Source: Cyanobacteriota bacterium (GTDB taxonomy: Bacteria > Cyanobacteriota > Cyanobacteriia > PCC-6307 > Cyanobiaceae). Taken from it: a DNA stretch of 64,000 nucleotides. Position numbers and translations under genes: made by a program. Shown piece after piece: positions 31,688-40,727 of this stretch. The DNA is taken from the NCBI GenBank assembly GCA_046052125.1, contig JBJOMY010000003.1:192001-256000 (forward strand), written 5' to 3'. A model generated the notes under the pieces. It did not search any database. It worked only from the letters and a program-made list of their open reading frames with translations, and was not told where the DNA came from. Positions within the stretch are counted from its first letter, which is position 1. Every line of letters begins with the position of its first letter.

Positions 31688-32874
31688 GCCAGTTGTTGGT
31701 TGATGGCATCCATCAAGCGGCTGGCTTGGGGGGTATGGATGTTCACAGCGCCAATCAGCACGGCTGAGCTCTCTCGATCGATCACGCCGCTGATGGTGTT
31801 GAGCAGGGTTGCTCCGCTGGCGTCCCTGAATCGGCTTCCGTTACCGCAATGAATCAGCCGGCAGGGCTTGCGCGTTGCAATCTCGCTCACTTCTTTTTCG
31901 TAGTCACCAAAGGTGAACACGGTGCTGAAGTTCAGTTGCAGTGCGAGTTCGGTGAACAGATGAACGCGGCTTTGCCGGTCGTGGCGATTGTTGAGAATCA
32001 CCATTCTCTGGGCCTCTGGATGCATGGTGAAGATCCGCTCGCACAGGCTCACGAAGCTTTCGCGATCATTCACGGCGAACAGATTGGCCCAGTGAATCGT
32101 TTTTCTCTGGTGGGTCAGCGTGCCGAGCCTTAATGCCCCTGGATCCGGTTGTGCCGCCTGCATGGCGGCCAGGGCACGCTGCCTTGAGAGGCCGATCTGA
32201 TCGGCCACTGCGTAGCCGATCGCCACGTTGTCTTCGATGGCGAAATGGTTGAACGCTTTTAAGCTCTCCGGGGCAATGGTGCTGCCATTTACCACGATCA
32301 ACTGCGTGCCGTGTTGTTCTGCTTGCTGCTGCAGGATGGCCTGCAATGTTGGGTTCTGCTCGGCCGTGATCAGGATCCCATGATTGGGGATCGCTCGCGC
32401 TAAAGAGCGGGCGATCTCTTCAAGGGTTTCACCGAGGTAGTCGGTGTGGTCGAGCCGGATATTGGTGATCACGCCAATGCTCGACTGCATCACCTTCTGC
32501 TCCAGCCATTCCCCATAGGCCGGATTGACGGCCATGCATTCCACGACCGCTGCTTCGGCGCCGTTGTCACTGAACTGCCGGAGGATGCCCACCTGCTCGT
32601 TCACGTTGGGCATCCCTTTGCGTTGGACGCTCTGTTCGGTCCCATCAGGCAAAAGGATCCGAGCAGCACTGCCTGTTGTTTTGGCAAAGGTTCGATACCC
32701 CTGCTCTCGAAAGATGGCGGCGAGATAGCGCGTTGTTGTTGACTTGCCCCGGATTCCATTGACATGAACGCGCCAGCGAATCGACGAGCGGGCCATCTCA
32801 AACCGGCGATAGCGATCCAGGGTTTGATGGAGGAAAGCTGTAACAAGCAGCAGATACAGCAAATAGCCCGTCAA
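31678..32874 (-). CDS. pgsB: Poly-gamma-glutamate synthase PgsB/CapB
   Basis: VHVNGIRGKSTTTR, AKTTGS, NVNEQ, VECMAV, TNIRLDH, PDPGAL, FAVND, NNRHDR. Confidence 0.95.
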   Translation of the reverse strand: MTGYLLYLLLVTAFLHQTLDRYRRFEMARSSIRWRVHVNGIRGKSTTTRYLAAIFREQGYRTFAKTTGSAARILLPDGTEQSVQRKGMPNVNEQVGILRQFSDNGAEAAVVECMAVNPAYGEWLEQKVMQSSIGVITNIRLDHTDYLGETLEEIARSLARAIPNHGILITAEQNPTLQAILQQQAEQHGTQLIVVNGSTIAPESLKAFNHFAIEDNVAIGYAVADQIGLSRQRALAAMQAAQPDPGALRLGTLTHQRKTIHWANLFAVNDRESFVSLCERIFTMHPEAQRMVILNNRHDRQSRVHLFTELALQLNFSTVFTFGDYEKEVSEIATRKPCRLIHCGNGSRFRDASGATLLNTISGVIDRESSAVLIGAVNIHTPQASRLMDAINQQLAWS

Positions 32875-33052
32875 CGCGACGATGGTCGGATGTGATGGGT
32901 ATTGTTGATTTCCAGTGCGGCCTAAATGTTGTTGTCATGGTGATTTGCCGGCTGATCGCTGTGGATCTGCTGCGGGTTCCAGTGGATCCGTTGTTTGGCT
33001 GCCCCTGTTCTTGTCGAGCCCTTTAAGGCTGAGCTGACTTGACGGCTGATGG

Positions 33053-35110
33053 GTGTTGCGCTGCCTGGTTGCGGTTCTGGTGGTCACGCTGCCTTTAACA
33101 GCCTGTGGCGTTCGGCGTGGCGTGGTCAGTGGCCGCGTGCTTGATCTCAATGGCAAGCCGATTGCAGCCGTTGAGATTCGCCACGGCCAGACCCGCGCCT
33201 GGAGTGGCTCAGATGGGCGCTTTCGCTTTGAGTCGCTCGCCCAGCCGGGGTGGATTGAGGCCTCTCGTGCCGGCTATGCCTCCGCCCTGCGTCCTGTGCA
33301 GCCGGGGCTTCCCACGCTGGTCCGTTTGAGCCCGGCAGACAGCGACACCGTGGTGCTCCATGCCGTTGGCGATGTGATGGCCGGTCGTCGCTTTTTCACC
33401 GGTGATCCGGCCACGCAGCACGCACCTCAGCTGCTGCCGGGCGGTGGCGTTGAGGCGCACCAGCGATTGCTGCAGGCGGTGCAGCCGTTGCTGGCTCGCG
33501 CCGATCTCAGCTTGGTGAATCTTGAAAGTCCGCTGCTTCCTGATCCCGTAGCGGAGCGAGCGGGGATTCGCGCAGCGACGTTTCATTCCACCAAGGACTA
33601 TGTGTTCGCCAGCTCGATGGCGCTCCCGGAGGCGTTGCGACGTGTGGGTGTGGACCTGGTGGGTCTGGCCAATAACCACGTTTATGACGCCTTCTCTGAT
33701 GGCTTGCGCTCCACCCTTGAAACCCTCCATTTGGCAGGGTTCCGGCCTGGTGAGGGGATGTTCGGGGCGGGCTCAACGGCTGATCAGGCCTGGCATCCAG
33801 CGCGGTGGCCCGCCAAAGGGCAGACGATCTCTGTTCTGGGATGCACCACCATTCATGGCAGTCAGCATCCGATCAGCTACATCGCGTCGGATGAGCAACA
33901 GAAGGCTGGAGCCGCCCTCTGCGAGGCCCATCGGCTCACGGCAGCCGTTCGGGCCGCCCAACGGTTGGGTCCGGTGGTGGTGGTTCTCCACGGAGGCAAT
34001 GAATACCAGAGCGATCCCACTCCGCCGATTGAGCAGATGGTGGAGGTGGCGCGACGCGCAGGCGCCAGGCTGGTGCTCAATCACCACTCCCATGTGCTGG
34101 GTGGACTGCGCTGGGATGGCCGCAGCCTGGTGGCCCTGGGTCTGGGCAATCTTCTGTTTGATCAGACGCTCTGGAGCACCTTTCCCTCTCAGCTGCTCGA
34201 GGTGCAGTTGCGCCGGGGTGTCGTGCAGCGGGTGATCGTCTACCCACTGCTGCTGCATCGCTACCGCCCCTATCCCGCTGCTGGAGCTCTGGCTGACTGG
34301 ATCCTGCGGGGGATCGCTGCCAAGAGCTCTGCCCCCTGGGTGATTCAAGGGGGTGTGATGGAGCTGGATCTCTCAGGGAATGCTGATCGGCTAAAGCGTT
34401 GGCTGCCGGTGTCTGCCGGGACGGCCACATCCCGGCTTTGGCCCTTGCCCGCCAACGCCACGGTGTGTGGCTGGCGAGGGGGGGCTCCGCTGGAGCAGGG
34501 CCGTTCGTTGCTGGGGGTCGGCGACTTAGAAGATCAACTGGTGGGTGCGAGTCCTGGCACAGGTGCGCTCTGGGCTCTGTTTCACAACGACCAGCGCTTG
34601 GAGCGCGGTGCTGCACGAACCGGTGCGTATGGGGTGCGATTGAGGCGTTCGTCGTTGCATCGTCAACCGGTGCTGCTCAGGCCCCTGCATCGCATTGCCG
34701 TGCAACCGGGTGAGCGCCTCACGTTTTTGGCATGGATGCGGGGGGGGCAGGGGAGCCGCCCGCGGCTTCAGATCAGCTGGTACGGCGCCTGGCGGGGGCC
34801 ATCGGTGGCGCGGGTGACGCGTTTGATCACCCTGCCATCGTCGAACCGTTGGCAGCCGGTTCGCCTCGATCTGCAGGTTCCAGACCATGCCGTGGCGGTG
34901 AGCCCTGCCATTGCGCTTGATCCACCTGGCTTGGGACAGCAGTGGCTGGATCTCGATGATCTGGATCTCATTCGCTGGCAGCAGCCCGGTGCGATGCAGG
35001 CTCAGCCGGTGGATTGGCTGCGCAGTCGTGGTGCTGGGAGCGTGTGCTTGAGCCGGGCGCACTGGCGGGGTGAGACTCCGCAGCCGCTGGCGCTGCGGCC
35101 TTGGCCCTGA
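33053..35110 (+). CDS. capA: CapA/PgsA family lipoprotein with N-terminal beta-sandwich and C-terminal CBM-like domain
   Basis: Lipobox LTAC; GRVLD..G.PI; VGDVMAGR, VNLESP, LANNHVYD, LHGGNEY, NHHSHVL, LGNLLFDQ. Confidence 0.88.
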   Translation: MLRCLVAVLVVTLPLTACGVRRGVVSGRVLDLNGKPIAAVEIRHGQTRAWSGSDGRFRFESLAQPGWIEASRAGYASALRPVQPGLPTLVRLSPADSDTVVLHAVGDVMAGRRFFTGDPATQHAPQLLPGGGVEAHQRLLQAVQPLLARADLSLVNLESPLLPDPVAERAGIRAATFHSTKDYVFASSMALPEALRRVGVDLVGLANNHVYDAFSDGLRSTLETLHLAGFRPGEGMFGAGSTADQAWHPARWPAKGQTISVLGCTTIHGSQHPISYIASDEQQKAGAALCEAHRLTAAVRAAQRLGPVVVVLHGGNEYQSDPTPPIEQMVEVARRAGARLVLNHHSHVLGGLRWDGRSLVALGLGNLLFDQTLWSTFPSQLLEVQLRRGVVQRVIVYPLLLHRYRPYPAAGALADWILRGIAAKSSAPWVIQGGVMELDLSGNADRLKRWLPVSAGTATSRLWPLPANATVCGWRGGAPLEQGRSLLGVGDLEDQLVGASPGTGALWALFHNDQRLERGAARTGAYGVRLRRSSLHRQPVLLRPLHRIAVQPGERLTFLAWMRGGQGSRPRLQISWYGAWRGPSVARVTRLITLPSSNRWQPVRLDLQVPDHAVAVSPAIALDPPGLGQQWLDLDDLDLIRWQQPGAMQAQPVDWLRSRGAGSVCLSRAHWRGETPQPLALRPWP

Positions 35111-35399
35111 GGGCCTGCTCACGCAACCGTTGTTTTGCCGCCTCCAGCACCTGGCGCTGCAGCGGATCCAGCTTGCGGCCGGCCCGGTTGATGTAGAGGC
35201 AGAGCATCGCCATCGCACTGGCGTAGGCGCTGCGCTTGCGGCTGCTGCTGCGCTGGGCTGAGCGCAGCAGTGAGGCGGCGATCTGCTCGGGATCACTCCA
35301 GGTGAACACGCCGGCATCGAGATCGAGCGCCGGCGGGCGCAGGGCCACTTGGGCCGACCAACGCCGGGGAGTCGATCCGGGTTTGCGTGCGCCCCTCAT
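34968..35399 (-). CDS. DUF3175 family protein
   Basis: WSAQV..ALDL..GVFT..DP..IA.SL..SA..S..RK, SAM.ML..YINRAG; 3' end overlaps capA. Confidence 0.8.
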   Translation of the reverse strand: MRGARKPGSTPRRWSAQVALRPPALDLDAGVFTWSDPEQIAASLLRSAQRSSSRKRSAYASAMAMLCLYINRAGRKLDPLQRQVLEAAKQRLREQALRAKAAAPAAAESHPASAPGSSTRSQHHDCAANPPAEPASHRAAASE

Positions 35400-35544
35400 G
35401 TGATCAAGCTGCTGGCGCCGCTCAGCTTTGGGGTGGCATGCAGCGGCCTTACGGCGCTGCAGCGTTGAAGTCACCTCAGATGTACGGCGGCGGACCACCA
35501 GAGGTTGTGATTGCCGATTGGGTATGGCGAGTCTTTGTGGTGCC

Positions 35545-36744
35545 ATGCCCGTTCCCGCCAGTCTGGCCGCGATCGTCCAGGCCGCTGATGTGCAATTCAA
35601 TGGCGAGCGGCCCTGGGATCTGCAGGTGCACAATCCGCGCCTCTATGGGGCGCTGCTGCGCCACGGCTCCCTGGCACTGGGCAATGGCTATGTACGCGGT
35701 GATTGGGATTGCCAACAGCTGGATGAGTTGATCTGCCGGCTGCTGCGCAGCGATGGCAATCGGCCGCTCACGCTGCGTTCGCGTCTGGTGGATCTGGGCC
35801 GAATCCTGCGGGATCAGCTCACCAACCCCCAGGGATTGCATCGCGCCTTTCTGGTGGGGCGGCGTCACTACGACATCGATCCACGCGTGTATGCCGCGAT
35901 GCTGGATCCGCAGATGGTGTACAGCTGCGGCTACTGGCGCCACGCAGGCAGCCTCAGCGAAGCGCAGGATCACAAGCTGCGGTTGATCTGCGAAAAGCTG
36001 CAGCTGCGCCCCGGCATGCGCCTGCTGGATGTGGGCTGCGGCTGGGGCTCTCTGGCCGCCTATGCATGCCGTCACTACGGCGTGGAGGTGGTGGGGATCA
36101 CCGTGTCTGCGCAGCAGGCCAGCTGGATCGGTGAGCATCTGGCGCATCTGCCCATTCGGGTGGAAGTGTGCGACTACCGCCAGTTGCCGGCGCGGGATCC
36201 CGGCTACTTCGATCGCATCGCCTCGGTGGGCATGTTTGAGCATGTGGGCCGCCGCAATGACGGCACCTTCTTCCGCACGTTGCAGCGCTTGTTGCATCCT
36301 GATGGTCTGGTGTTGCTGCACACGATCGGGACGGCCCGCAGCACGCCTCGCACCGATCCCTGGATTGATCGCTACATCTTTCCGGGAGGGCGATTGCCCT
36401 CGGCCTGTCAGCTCTCTCGCGGGCTGGAAGCGCAGTTTCTGATTGAAGACTGGGAAAACTTCGGCCCTGACTACGACCGCACCTTGCTGGCCTGGTGGCA
36501 GAACTTTGAAGAGGCTTGGCCGGCCCTGGAGCACGACAGCCGGCCTGAGTTTTTCCGCTTCTGGCGCTATTACCTGCTCAGCTGTGCGGGCTTTTTTCGC
36601 TCCCGCCAGGGGCAGCTCTGGCAGGTGGTGTTGAGCCGGCCGGAGCGCTCTGCCTCCTATCAATCCTGGCGGCCGGCGCGTGTGGATCAGCCCACATTGG
36701 CGCTGCATGACGAAGCGATCCAAGGGCAACCTTGCTCAATGTGA
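35545..36744 (+). CDS. cfa: Cyclopropane-fatty-acyl-phospholipid synthase
   Basis: HYDI, MVYSCGYW, LDVGCGWG, SVGMFEHVG, WIDRYIFPGG, YYLLSCAG. Confidence 0.93.
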   Translation: MPVPASLAAIVQAADVQFNGERPWDLQVHNPRLYGALLRHGSLALGNGYVRGDWDCQQLDELICRLLRSDGNRPLTLRSRLVDLGRILRDQLTNPQGLHRAFLVGRRHYDIDPRVYAAMLDPQMVYSCGYWRHAGSLSEAQDHKLRLICEKLQLRPGMRLLDVGCGWGSLAAYACRHYGVEVVGITVSAQQASWIGEHLAHLPIRVEVCDYRQLPARDPGYFDRIASVGMFEHVGRRNDGTFFRTLQRLLHPDGLVLLHTIGTARSTPRTDPWIDRYIFPGGRLPSACQLSRGLEAQFLIEDWENFGPDYDRTLLAWWQNFEEAWPALEHDSRPEFFRFWRYYLLSCAGFFRSRQGQLWQVVLSRPERSASYQSWRPARVDQPTLALHDEAIQGQPCSM

Positions 36745-36796
36745 GTGCGGATTCTGGGAATCACCGGAGGATTGAGCGCCATCACGTTCCGCGTCC

Positions 36797-37636
36797 ATGA
36801 GTGATGCCTTTGGCGACTATCTGCGCAACATTGGCCGGATTCCGTTGTTAACAGCTCAGGAGGAAGTGCATCTCGGCACGATCGTGAAAGATTGGATGGA
36901 AAGCGATGCGCCATCCCCTGCCCTGCAACGCCGAGGTCGCCGTGCCCTGCAACGCATCGTGACGGCCAATTTGCGCCTGGTGGTGACTGTGGCCCTGCGC
37001 TACATCCGCCGGCTCAAGCATCTCGCCCATGACCCGATGGATCTCGTGCAGGCCGGCAACCTGGGCCTGCTGCGCGCCGCAGAGAAGTACGACCCCACTC
37101 GCGGCTACAAGTTTTCCACCTACGGCTACTGGTGGATTCGCCAATCGATCAATCGCTACCTGCAGGAGCACAGCGGCAGCATTCGCATCCCTGTCAACCT
37201 GGTGAGCCTTGCTAATCGGGCGGATTCGCTTCAGAGCCTGCGCAGTCAGCCCTTGAGTGTGGATCAGCTGGCTGATGCCCTGGGCGAGTCGCCGGAGCGA
37301 TTGTTGTATGCCATGGCGATTCAGCATCGCAGCAGCACCGTGTCGCTCGATCAGCAACTCTCCGGCAGTGATGGCGACATGACCCTGCTCGATACCGTGA
37401 CCGACGATCATCAGCCGATCATTCACGATGATTACCGCTGGATGCACAGCCAGCTCCAGCACCTCTCAACGCCGGAGCTGATGGTGATCCAATTGCGCTA
37501 CGGCGAAGATAAGCACCGCTCTTTCGCAGAGGTGGCTCGCTTGGTGGGCCGCAGCAAGGATCAGGTGCAGCGTTTAGAGCGTCACGCTCTCACCAAGTTG
37601 CGCAGGCATCTTGCACCTGCGCTCTATCCGCAGTGA
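36797..37636 (+). CDS. RpoD-family (group 2-like) sigma-70 factor
   Basis: Region 1.2 YLRNIGRIPLLT, ANLRLVV, KYDPTRGYKFSTY..WWIRQ, C-terminal HTH. Confidence 0.93.
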   Translation: MSDAFGDYLRNIGRIPLLTAQEEVHLGTIVKDWMESDAPSPALQRRGRRALQRIVTANLRLVVTVALRYIRRLKHLAHDPMDLVQAGNLGLLRAAEKYDPTRGYKFSTYGYWWIRQSINRYLQEHSGSIRIPVNLVSLANRADSLQSLRSQPLSVDQLADALGESPERLLYAMAIQHRSSTVSLDQQLSGSDGDMTLLDTVTDDHQPIIHDDYRWMHSQLQHLSTPELMVIQLRYGEDKHRSFAEVARLVGRSKDQVQRLERHALTKLRRHLAPALYPQ

Positions 37637-37695
37637 GGGCATAGCGCTGGAGATCGTGCCCCGGAGATTAAAGCGGTCTCCGGGGTGATCCAGCA

Positions 37696-37977
37696 TCAGA
37701 AATTTCTCGTTTTCATCCGTGCTGCGGCATGGGCCGGCGGCTGTAGCCCGTTTCCGTGACCGTTGCCATGGCCGTTCCCGTGGCCGTTGCTGCCGGGCTG
37801 TTGAATCAGGCTGCGTTGCTGATCGCGCAGGGCGTCCTCTAGGAGAAAGGCACACAGATTGGAGACGGAACGTCCCTCCTCTTCCGAGCGTGTGAGCAGC
37901 GCCTCGTGCACGTGGTAGCTGAGGGTGATGGAGATGCGTTTGGGCTGGCGCTGAAGCACGCGAAAACGCTCGTTCAT
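37696..37977 (-). CDS. Ribbon-helix-helix (CopG/RHH_5-like) regulator
   Basis: RISITL beta strand, EGRSVSNLCAFLLE; NGHG-repeat tail. Confidence 0.8.
   Translation of the reverse strand: MNERFRVLQRQPKRISITLSYHVHEALLTRSEEEGRSVSNLCAFLLEDALRDQQRSLIQQPGSNGHGNGHGNGHGNGLQPPAHAAARMKTRNF
37748..37790 (-). repeat. Degenerate 12-bp tandem repeat encoding (NGHG)x3
   Basis: ccgtttccgtga-ccgttgccatgg-ccgttcccgtgg-ccgttg. Confidence 0.7.
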
Positions 37978-38131
37978 CTCAAAACTCCGCAGTTGAATGT
38001 GGAACAGATGCCGAGAGACTTCAGCTTTGCTGTATCTCTCAGCAACTTGAGAATACGAGCCTTAAAAGGCAGCGAAGTGCGCCGTTGTGATGATGAGGCA
38101 CTGTGGTTCTGCTGCAGCTTGCAGAACTCCT

Positions 38132-38806
38132 CTACAAATCGTCTGTACCCATGAATCTTCTCTGCCTGAACTGCTCGGTGAACCAGCTGTAGCTCTGCTC
38201 GGCCACGGCATCGAGGCTGCCGGGTTCGGTGAATAGATGGCTGGCCTGGGGTACCACCACCAGTTCGTTGCGCACCTGCAGTTGGCCAGCCGCCCAGGCA
38301 TTGAGTTCCAGCACGTCGAGGTCGTGGCCGCCCACGATCAGCAGCACGGGGCAGCGCACCTCTGCCAGCCGTTGAAACACCAGATCGGGACGGCCTCCGC
38401 GGGACACCACCGTCTGCACCCGCTGCGGTCGCTCCGCTGCTGCCACCAAGGCCAAGGCGGCTCCCGTGCTGGCGCCGAACAGTCCGAGGTTGAGGTGTTG
38501 AAGCGCCGGCTGGCGACCCGTCCAGTCGATCACGCTCAGCAACCGTTGTTGCAGAGGCGGCAGGGAGGCCAGGGTGCGCTGGTTGGTGCTGTTGTGATTG
38601 GTCTCCAGATCAAAGAGGAGCGTGGCGAGGCCACCGCGTTGCAGATGATCGGCCACATGCAGATTGCGGGGGCTGAAGCGATTGCTGCCCGATCCGTGGC
38701 AGAACACCACCAGGCCTGAGGCACCGGCCGGCAGGGTGAGCTCGGCGTTGAGGTTGCCACCTGGGGCGGGAATGCCGAGATGCGTTGGGCTGGTGGCGGG
38801 GGCCAT
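38132..38806 (-). CDS. Dienelactone-hydrolase-like alpha/beta hydrolase (Rv0571c C-terminal type)
   Basis: HGSGS.RFSPRN, FGASTG, VSRGGRPDL, LIVGG.D, ASHLF.EPG. Confidence 0.9.
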   Translation of the reverse strand: MAPATSPTHLGIPAPGGNLNAELTLPAGASGLVVFCHGSGSNRFSPRNLHVADHLQRGGLATLLFDLETNHNSTNQRTLASLPPLQQRLLSVIDWTGRQPALQHLNLGLFGASTGAALALVAAAERPQRVQTVVSRGGRPDLVFQRLAEVRCPVLLIVGGHDLDVLELNAWAAGQLQVRNELVVVPQASHLFTEPGSLDAVAEQSYSWFTEQFRQRRFMGTDDL

Positions 38807-38950
38807 GCGGGCAAGACCACGGACTCTCTCCATCAGAGAAAGCTCTGGCAGCTGCCCTTGGCGGGCGCGGCAGGTTTGCCGCGGATCAGCGCAGCGGATC
38901 TCCCAGCGGCTTCATTGTCTTCAGCATCCGCTTCCTTTGATCCTCGCGGA

Positions 38951-39193
38951 ATGGATCGCTGGCGGATTCAATTGCTACCTCCACCGGGCATGCAGCGGGC
39001 ACGGCCGCGCTGGCTTTGCCCTGATGGTGGCTTCAGCCTTGATCAGCGCAGGGCCTGGGTGGTGATGGAGCCGCGCTGGGCAGGAGCACGCATTCAGTGC
39101 TGGCTGGAGCTCAAGGGGCGCGGCCCTGGCTATCTGCAACGCATGCGATTGGTGCACAGCTGCAGCATTGCAGCTGCAGAACCAGCGTTGTAG
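38951..39193 (+). CDS. Small hypothetical protein
   Basis: ATG-started 80-aa ORF upstream of the cyAbrB paralogue; no motif. Confidence 0.3.
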   Translation: MDRWRIQLLPPPGMQRARPRWLCPDGGFSLDQRRAWVVMEPRWAGARIQCWLELKGRGPGYLQRMRLVHSCSIAAAEPAL

Positions 39194-39245
39194 GAACGCC
39201 AGGCAATTGGCTGCCCTTAGATCATGGCCGCTGCTCGCTCACGCC

Positions 39246-39635
39246 ATGCTTCAAGGTGATCCATTGCTTTCCAAACTCCAGCAGTTGCGAGGGTTGAATC
39301 GCTCTGAGCTCGTGCGGGCCTGCGGTTATGTGAGCCATGCCGAGGATGGCCGTGAGCGTTTGCATTTCACCGATTTTTATGAAGCGATCCTGGAGGCCAA
39401 GGGTGTGCATCTTCCTGGCCAGGGTGGCCGGGCTCTGGCACGCCGCAGTGCCCAGGGGCGGCAGCTGAGCTTTAACACCCATGTGCATTTCAACGGCAAC
39501 TTGATGGTGGGTCGCGCCTACACCGAGAAGTTGCATCTTCAGCCTGGCGATCAGTTTCGGATTCATCTCAATGGCGGCGAAATCCGCTTGATTCCCCTCA
39601 ATGGCAAAGGGGAGGCCATGAGAGAGGAGGAGTGA
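39246..39635 (+). CDS. Second cyAbrB-like transcriptional regulator
   Basis: Aligns with 19885..20250 (ACGYVS, FYEAIL.AKG, FNGNLMVG.AYT). Confidence 0.9.
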   Translation: MLQGDPLLSKLQQLRGLNRSELVRACGYVSHAEDGRERLHFTDFYEAILEAKGVHLPGQGGRALARRSAQGRQLSFNTHVHFNGNLMVGRAYTEKLHLQPGDQFRIHLNGGEIRLIPLNGKGEAMREEE

Positions 39636-39682
39636 TCACCCTCCTGATCGTTGATCTCGTTCCCTTCTGACGCTGTGCTGCG

Positions 39683-40678
39683 ATGACCCCCTATCCCGAC
39701 TATCCAACCCCCGCTGATGAGGAGCAGCGGCTGCGGGCGCTGCGGCGCTTCGCTGTTCTGGATACCCCTTCCGATCCCCACTTCGATCGGATCGTGGCCT
39801 TGGCGTCTGAGGTGCTGGGGGTGCCGATCGCCTTGGTGTCGCTAGTGGATCAGGATCGCCAGTGGTTTTTGGCGCGGCATGGTTTGGAGGTGCAGGAGAC
39901 ACCGCGCACCATGGCCTTCTGTGCCCATGCCATTGCCCAGCACGATCTGTTTGAAGTGCCCGATGCGCTCGACGACGAGCGCTTCAACACCAACCCTTTG
40001 GTGCTCAACCCCCCCAAGGTGCGCTTCTACGCCGGCGTGCCGCTGCAATCCGAGCAGGGTCACAACTTGGGCACGCTCTGCGTGATCGATTGCAAACCGC
40101 GGGTGCTCGATCCCCATCAGCGGGTGATGTTGCAGCTGATGGCCGATCTGGTGATGCGGGAGCTGGAGCTGCGGCAGCGCAGCATGCAATGCCCGGTGAC
40201 TGGTCTTTACAACCGCAGTGTGTTTTTTCGCTTTGGCGAATTGGAGTTTGAGCACGCCCGCGACGAGAGCCTGCCGTTGGCGCTGTTCAATTTCGACATC
40301 GATGACTTTCGCCAGATCAACATGCGCTGGGGGCATCAGGCGGGGGATCAGGTGTTGCTCGATCTTTGCGCTGTTGCCCAGCAGCAACTCAGCCCGGATG
40401 ATCTATTCGGCCGCATCGGGGATGAGGAGTTTTCAATCCTGCTGGTGAATGCCTCCATCTCAAGGGCGAACCAGCTGGCTGAAGAGATCCGGCTGGCCAT
40501 TGCCGGTATGCGGGGCATTTTTGATCACTCCGATTACCACCCCAACATCAGCGGCGGGATCACGGCCCTGGCGGATAGTGATCAGAGTTTTGCGGATCTC
40601 TTTTACCGCGCCGATCAAGCGCTGTACCTGGCCAAAGGCAATGGCCGCAATCAGATTGCTTCACTGCAGGTGGAATGA
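39683..40678 (+). CDS. GAF-GGDEF domain protein (active-site motif GDEEF)
   Basis: GAF: EE.RL.AL..LDT, FCAHAI, RFYAGVPL; GGDEF: TGLYNR, DIDDF..IN..GH.AGD, RIGDEEF, ADQALY.AK..GRN. Confidence 0.92.
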   Translation: MTPYPDYPTPADEEQRLRALRRFAVLDTPSDPHFDRIVALASEVLGVPIALVSLVDQDRQWFLARHGLEVQETPRTMAFCAHAIAQHDLFEVPDALDDERFNTNPLVLNPPKVRFYAGVPLQSEQGHNLGTLCVIDCKPRVLDPHQRVMLQLMADLVMRELELRQRSMQCPVTGLYNRSVFFRFGELEFEHARDESLPLALFNFDIDDFRQINMRWGHQAGDQVLLDLCAVAQQQLSPDDLFGRIGDEEFSILLVNASISRANQLAEEIRLAIAGMRGIFDHSDYHPNISGGITALADSDQSFADLFYRADQALYLAKGNGRNQIASLQVE

Positions 40679-40727
40679 GCCGCCTGCCGATCAGCAGGCG
40701 GCTGATGCGCTCAAGCCGCCGGCTCCC

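Noticed and set aside
20189..35110. Convergent 3' gene overlaps (20189-20250, 25387-25460, 30695-30726, 34968-35110)
   Set aside because: Common in GC-rich genomes through stop-codon drift; no evidence of a function.
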